Of a DNA stretch of 64,000 nt, positions 60,156 through 64,000 are shown one piece after another. The stretch lies in IMG/VR virus record IMGVR_UViG_3300040801_003393, positions 32,001 to 96,000 of that record; one strand, 5' to 3'. The notes under the pieces are model-generated. The model was not told the DNA's origin. It made no database searches and worked only from the letters and a program-made list of their open reading frames with translations. This DNA is from a virus. Numbering within the stretch: position 1 is the first letter of the stretch; each line of letters begins with the position of its first letter. The position numbers and the translations under genes were made by a program.

Positions 60156-60431
60156 CTAAGTTATTGATTTTGCTTGCAGTTTTACCCAGAAAAATTCGCC
60201 CAAATCAACCGTTTTGTCCTCACCACTCCCACAGTTCTTAATGTACTGTACACCGTTATGATCTTCTTTCCAAACCCGCATGCTATATTGAATCAATACC
60301 CACTCAATAGAGGCACGGCTTCGATCCTTGTTGAAATTTCGGATATGGTACCTGTAAATACCAGGTTCAATCCTGTAAGTACCATACTGGGCCGGTACCA
60401 AAAGTTCATGGTAGAGCGTAGCCTCAGCCAT
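60156..60431 (-). CDS. Hypothetical protein
   Basis: GGAGG RBS; AT-richer than its neighbours. Confidence 0.6.
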   Translation of the reverse strand: MAEATLYHELLVPAQYGTYRIEPGIYRYHIRNFNKDRSRASIEWVLIQYSMRVWKEDHNGVQYIKNCGSGEDKTVDLGEFFWVKLQAKSIT

Positions 60432-60445
60432 TCATATCCTCCATC

Positions 60446-60473
60446 AAAAAGGGAGGGGCATTGCACCCCTCCC
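60446..60473 (-). terminator. Intrinsic terminator after the AAA ATPase gene
   Basis: GGGAGGGG-tgcaatg-CCCCTCCC-TTTTT. Confidence 0.85.
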
Positions 60474-60484
60474 AATTCGCCTTC

Positions 60485-61579
60485 TTATTCGGAGGCGTTG
60501 ATGATGTACTTACCGTACCGCTTGTGGAACTCGTCGAAGTTCTTCAGCTTGGTCGGAAGGATCGGGAGGTTGTAAGTGGTCAGTGCAACCCGAGCACCCA
60601 TAACCACGAGTTCAACCTCGAAGTTGTCCATCATGAAGCGGAAGAAGTTATCCGCCATCTTGTGGAAGTCGGCGTCCTTCATACCGTTCTTCAGTGCATC
60701 CTTCAGCTCGTAACACATCGAAACCACCAGCGAGTACATCGCGCTGACTTCGTTGACTTCGAGCTTCTTCACCTTGCCCTCAAGGATGTCGACCGGGTTG
60801 GGCATCTTGCCAGCAACCTTACGGTGTGCAGCGAACTTGACAGCAAGCCCTTCGCCAACCGTACCAGCAACCAGGTCAACCATGGTGCGATCGTCCAGGT
60901 TGTCGTCTGCGATCAGGTCGGACACGAAGCTCCAGCTACGCGGAGTAGCAAACGAGCGGCTCGAGCTCTTCGGATCGAAGTCGTACAGGTCGTTCTTCGC
61001 AAAGTTCAGGTAACCGACGACGTCTTTGTGTACGTCGTGCGTTACAGCCCACTCGAACCAGCTAGCGAAGTCTACGCGCATCTCCAGGTGGATGAAGCGG
61101 TTAGCCAGCGGAGTCGGCATACGGAAGGTAACACCCTTGTCCGACTCGCGGTTGCCAGCAGCAATGATCACGACGTTGTCGGGCAGTTTGTAACGGCCGA
61201 TACCGCGGTTCAGGATCAGCTGGTAGGCCGCAGCCAACACGCTCGGGGGAGCCGAGTTCATCTCGTCCAGGAACAGGACGACCATCGGATACTGGCTAGC
61301 CAGTTCCTCGTCCGGCAGGTCGATCGGGGGAGCCCAATCCATTTTGCCGAGGTCCTTGTTGTAGAACGGAATGCCTCGGATGTCAGTCGGTTCCATCTGA
61401 CCCAGTCGCAGGTCGATCATAAAACCGTCATGGTCTTTGGCAATGCCTTCAACCAGTTCTGACTTGCCAATGCCCGGAGGACCCCAAAGGAAGATCGGGC
61501 GTTTCACCGCGAACGCACGCTCGATAGATTTGCGAGCTTCAACTGCGGTTACGGTACGGTTCTCGCTTACATGCGACAT
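60485..61579 (-). CDS. MoxR-like AAA+ ATPase
   Basis: GPPGIGKS, LFLDEMN, AAGNR, LANRF, TPRSW. Confidence 0.92.
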   Translation of the reverse strand: MSHVSENRTVTAVEARKSIERAFAVKRPIFLWGPPGIGKSELVEGIAKDHDGFMIDLRLGQMEPTDIRGIPFYNKDLGKMDWAPPIDLPDEELASQYPMVVLFLDEMNSAPPSVLAAAYQLILNRGIGRYKLPDNVVIIAAGNRESDKGVTFRMPTPLANRFIHLEMRVDFASWFEWAVTHDVHKDVVGYLNFAKNDLYDFDPKSSSRSFATPRSWSFVSDLIADDNLDDRTMVDLVAGTVGEGLAVKFAAHRKVAGKMPNPVDILEGKVKKLEVNEVSAMYSLVVSMCYELKDALKNGMKDADFHKMADNFFRFMMDNFEVELVVMGARVALTTYNLPILPTKLKNFDEFHKRYGKYIINASE

Positions 61580-61613
61580 GGATTGTTGCTCCTGTTTCGT
61601 TTAACGTGAGTGT

Positions 61614-61642
61614 ATTATAGTTGACCTGCGTTACAGTGTCAA
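61614..61642 (-). promoter_or_regulatory. sigma70 early promoter
   Basis: TTGACA-17-TATAAT. Confidence 0.88.
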
Positions 61643-61750
61643 CCAAAGAATGAAAGAAATTTCAGCTACCGCTACCCCAACTACGAGCAGAAAGCCCATG
61701 CGACGCGCACTAGCATCAGAAAGATTATCAAACCAAGTCCAACCAGACAT
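61631..61750 (-). CDS. 39-aa single-pass membrane peptide (not in ORF track)
   Basis: MSGWTWFDNLSDASARRMGFLLVVGVAVAEISFILWLTL; AGGAG RBS; own promoter. Confidence 0.7.
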   Translation of the reverse strand: MSGWTWFDNLSDASARRMGFLLVVGVAVAEISFILWLTL

Positions 61751-61792
61751 TGCTTTCTCCTGTTCTGGGTTGTTTTTGCAGTTCATGTGCAT

Positions 61793-61821
61793 ATTATAGT
61801 GGTATTGACTGCAAGTGTCAA
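61793..61821 (-). promoter_or_regulatory. sigma70 early promoter
   Basis: TTGACA-17-TATAAT. Confidence 0.88.
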
Positions 61822-61862
61822 TGCCAAAATAGTAATTAAAAGTACGAATTTTTCTTTAATAA

Positions 61863-61890
61863 AATCAATGACTTAGCTAAGTTATTGAAA
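61863..61890. promoter_or_regulatory. Palindromic pair of IHF-like boxes
   Basis: AATCAAtgacTTA (+) and TTTCAAtaacTTA (-) match WATCAAN4TTR (the second with one mismatch); another copy at 60157-60169. Confidence 0.55.
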
Positions 61891-61907
61891 AATAAGAGGT
61901 TTTTTGC

Positions 61908-62324
61908 TTACTCTTGCCCTTCAAAAGGGTCATGCCGGATGTCTAGGCCCTTATGCTGCCCTTGACTGTACTTGGCCCAGAATGCGTCAGAGTTAACGTT
62001 TCGGTTTTTTGGGTTGGATGATAGACCCTTTGCACCATGTTGTTTCTTTGCAATATTAAGGGCTTTGGTGTACAGCATTTTCCCTAATCCCTGCCTACGA
62101 GCCTCGCGGGCTAAGAATACGTTTTCGATACTTGGATATCCTTTTACTTCAAGTCCGATGTCGATAACTCCGATTTGGTTTGGATACTTGAATATGCGTT
62201 GATATGTTTCTGGCAAAGAATCGCGATCAATGTCAAGATCGCTCAGAACATGAATGCGAAAACCATTCTGTCCGTATTGTTCTGTTTTGTATTCCACATT
62301 GTGGGCAAATTCGTATAATCGCAT
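61908..62324 (-). CDS. GNAT-family acetyltransferase
   Basis: RRQGLGKMLY acetyl-CoA motif A, N...AFW; ATAAATA at 62329-62335. Confidence 0.75.
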   Translation of the reverse strand: MRLYEFAHNVEYKTEQYGQNGFRIHVLSDLDIDRDSLPETYQRIFKYPNQIGVIDIGLEVKGYPSIENVFLAREARRQGLGKMLYTKALNIAKKQHGAKGLSSNPKNRNVNSDAFWAKYSQGQHKGLDIRHDPFEGQE

Positions 62325-62343
62325 ATTGTATTTATTTGATCAT

Positions 62344-62367
62344 AAAAAACCCCGCCGAAGCGGGGTT
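62344..62367 (-). terminator. Intrinsic terminator after the porin gene
   Basis: AACCCCGC-TTCG-GCGGGGTT-TTTT. Confidence 0.9.
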
Positions 62368-62410
62368 AAGACAGTCCATTGCGAGCCTTTAACTGTGGTT
62401 GGCTCAATTA

Positions 62411-63391
62411 TTAGAAGTCGTGACGCATACCAACATTGAATACGCCGACTTCGGTCCCAGATGCATCGTCCGTAATGTCCTGGTAATTTACATACACTTT
62501 GGTACGCTTACTGAAGTGATGCTGACCTTCAACAGTCCAGGTGGTCTGATCAAGGACGGTGCCCCAATCGTACTGCTGGTAGCCAACTAGTACGGTGTTG
62601 TTGCCAAAGTCAGCCGCACCACCAACTGCATACATCTGCCCGTCGTCCACGCCAGCGACGTTTACGTCAAGGTTTTCGTAACCGGCATTTACACGCCAGT
62701 TGTTTGCACCACCAAATTCATAAGCTGCACCAACAGTAATAACTTCAACGTCGCGAAGCGCAGGGATGCTGGTGTCCTGTGCCAAGGTAGAACCAGTAAC
62801 ATAACCGATGCCAATGTAAGCATCGTAACCTTCATAAGTTACGCGATATTCCTGCAAGTCAACATTTTCTTCGTTTGCTACAACAGCATTGTCACCGTCC
62901 ATAACGACGCTAACAGAACCTTGGAATCCAGCAAAAGTAGGAGTAACATAATTTACACCATTGCCATATACACCACTAAAGGTGAAATCGTTTGAACGTC
63001 CTTCAAACTGGTCGATGGTAGCATCACCAATGCCAGCGGCAAGTGTGTCGTACCGACCAAGGCGAACAGCACCGAATGTTTCGTTACTCAAGCCCATATA
63101 CATCTGGTCAACTTCAAGTGCGGATCCGCTGGTATTGTAACCACGGATCCCAGGACCTTCTTCACCGTTGATGTCAAAGCTGAAGAAACCAAACGCAGTA
63201 GTACCGTTGCCCAGGTCTTCGCTTACTTCAATCCCAACTTCAGAATCGCCAAATACGACGTCAGATCCTGAAGCATCACCGCTGTACATTTCAACAGCGC
63301 CTTCCATAGTACCGAAGAGTGTAACCTCGGCTGTTGCGGCAACCGGTGCCACTGCGACCGCGACCGCAGCCGCAATATATGATAGTTTCAT
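62411..63391 (-). CDS. Gram-negative outer-membrane porin
   Basis: Signal peptide, VTLFG, SEDLGNG, FGAVRLGR, HHFSKRTKVY, C-terminal GMRHDF beta-signal. Confidence 0.9.
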   Translation of the reverse strand: MKLSYIAAAVAVAVAPVAATAEVTLFGTMEGAVEMYSGDASGSDVVFGDSEVGIEVSEDLGNGTTAFGFFSFDINGEEGPGIRGYNTSGSALEVDQMYMGLSNETFGAVRLGRYDTLAAGIGDATIDQFEGRSNDFTFSGVYGNGVNYVTPTFAGFQGSVSVVMDGDNAVVANEENVDLQEYRVTYEGYDAYIGIGYVTGSTLAQDTSIPALRDVEVITVGAAYEFGGANNWRVNAGYENLDVNVAGVDDGQMYAVGGAADFGNNTVLVGYQQYDWGTVLDQTTWTVEGQHHFSKRTKVYVNYQDITDDASGTEVGVFNVGMRHDF

Positions 63392-63397
63392 TATTAA

Positions 63398-63895
63398 TTA
63401 ATCTCCTAGTTTTTCAATTTTAATGTTAGCTTTTTGAAGAAACTCAATTCCGGCTGTGTTGCGATATAACTCTTGATAATACACTTCACTGATTCCGGCC
63501 TGGTGGATAAGTTTAGCGCATTCAATACAAGGCGAATGGGTGCAAAACATAACAGCACCCTGCCCCGAAATTGGACTTTTTGCTAACTTGGCAATTGCAT
63601 TTGATTCGGCATGCAAAACTTCTGGCTTGGTTACAAGTTTGTAACGTCGACCGTTGTCATCCTGATATGGCCATTTCTCATCAATTGTTTCTGGGTCGAG
63701 CCAAGCACCAGCGTCTGGATCCATGTACTCAATATTTTCGCAAGCATTGTCCCATCCACTGGGAGTACCATTATAGCCAAATACTAAATTGTTGTCATTG
63801 ACAATAACGGCGCCAACCTTCAGCCTCACTGCATGAGAGCAGTTAGCAAAAGAGTGAGCGTTTTCCATGTATGCTTTTTTGAGTTTGTCTTTCAT
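63398..63895 (-). CDS. cd: dCMP deaminase
   Basis: VGAVI, GYNG, LHAESNAI, SPCIECAK. Confidence 0.93.
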   Translation of the reverse strand: MKDKLKKAYMENAHSFANCSHAVRLKVGAVIVNDNNLVFGYNGTPSGWDNACENIEYMDPDAGAWLDPETIDEKWPYQDDNGRRYKLVTKPEVLHAESNAIAKLAKSPISGQGAVMFCTHSPCIECAKLIHQAGISEVYYQELYRNTAGIEFLQKANIKIEKLGD

Positions 63896-63907
63896 AAGCT
63901 AATACTA

Positions 63908-63936
63908 ATTATACTAGTAATAACCAGGCCGTGCAA
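63908..63936 (-). promoter_or_regulatory. sigma70-like promoter
   Basis: TTGCAC-17-TATAAT. Confidence 0.65.
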
Positions 63937-64000
63937 TTTCTTTGGCTATTTTGCTACACGGTGTTACATTTATACAACATGAAAAGGGAAATGGCGCATT

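Noticed and set aside
60461-61462. 333-aa antisense ORF over the AAA ATPase
   Set aside because: Expected shadow of strong codon bias; no motifs or RBS
1-64000. Alternative genetic code
   Set aside because: Long ORFs are intact in the standard code and TAA, TAG and TGA all serve as stops

Overview
This window is part of a large, AT-rich myovirus (T4-like/jumbo-type tailed phage) genome. The host is probably a Gram-negative proteobacterium, inferred from perfect sigma70 promoters, IHF-like boxes and a phage-encoded porin. Layout: (1) about 95-710, a non-coding, densely base-paired element, probably a ~600-nt RNA on the minus strand, starting immediately after a PD-(D/E)XK Holliday-junction-resolvase-like gene; (2) 711-9028, minus-strand core operon (gp55-like late sigma, gp47/Mre11, gp46/Rad50, resolvase) interrupted by three radical-SAM genes and an SDR; (3) 9151-38435, plus-strand late baseplate/tail module with ATAAATA late promoters, including a 4516-aa giant structural protein; (4) 38524-55503, a ~17-kb modification island: four glycosyltransferase-like genes, five near-tandem Twitch-rSAM enzymes, a carbamoyltransferase with a coupled 34-aa PFIY peptide, a DegT aminotransferase and an NDP-sugar epimerase; (5) 55796-63895, minus strand: thyA, DHFR, a GC-rich MoxR-AAA/vWA-metallopeptidase pair under perfect sigma70 promoters, a GNAT, a porin and dCMP deaminase. 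The best candidates for undescribed biology are the large structured RNA coupled to the nuclease/recombination operon and the 8-rSAM plus glycosylation/carbamoylation island beside the tail genes. All protein calls come from motifs recognised by eye; no searches were run.
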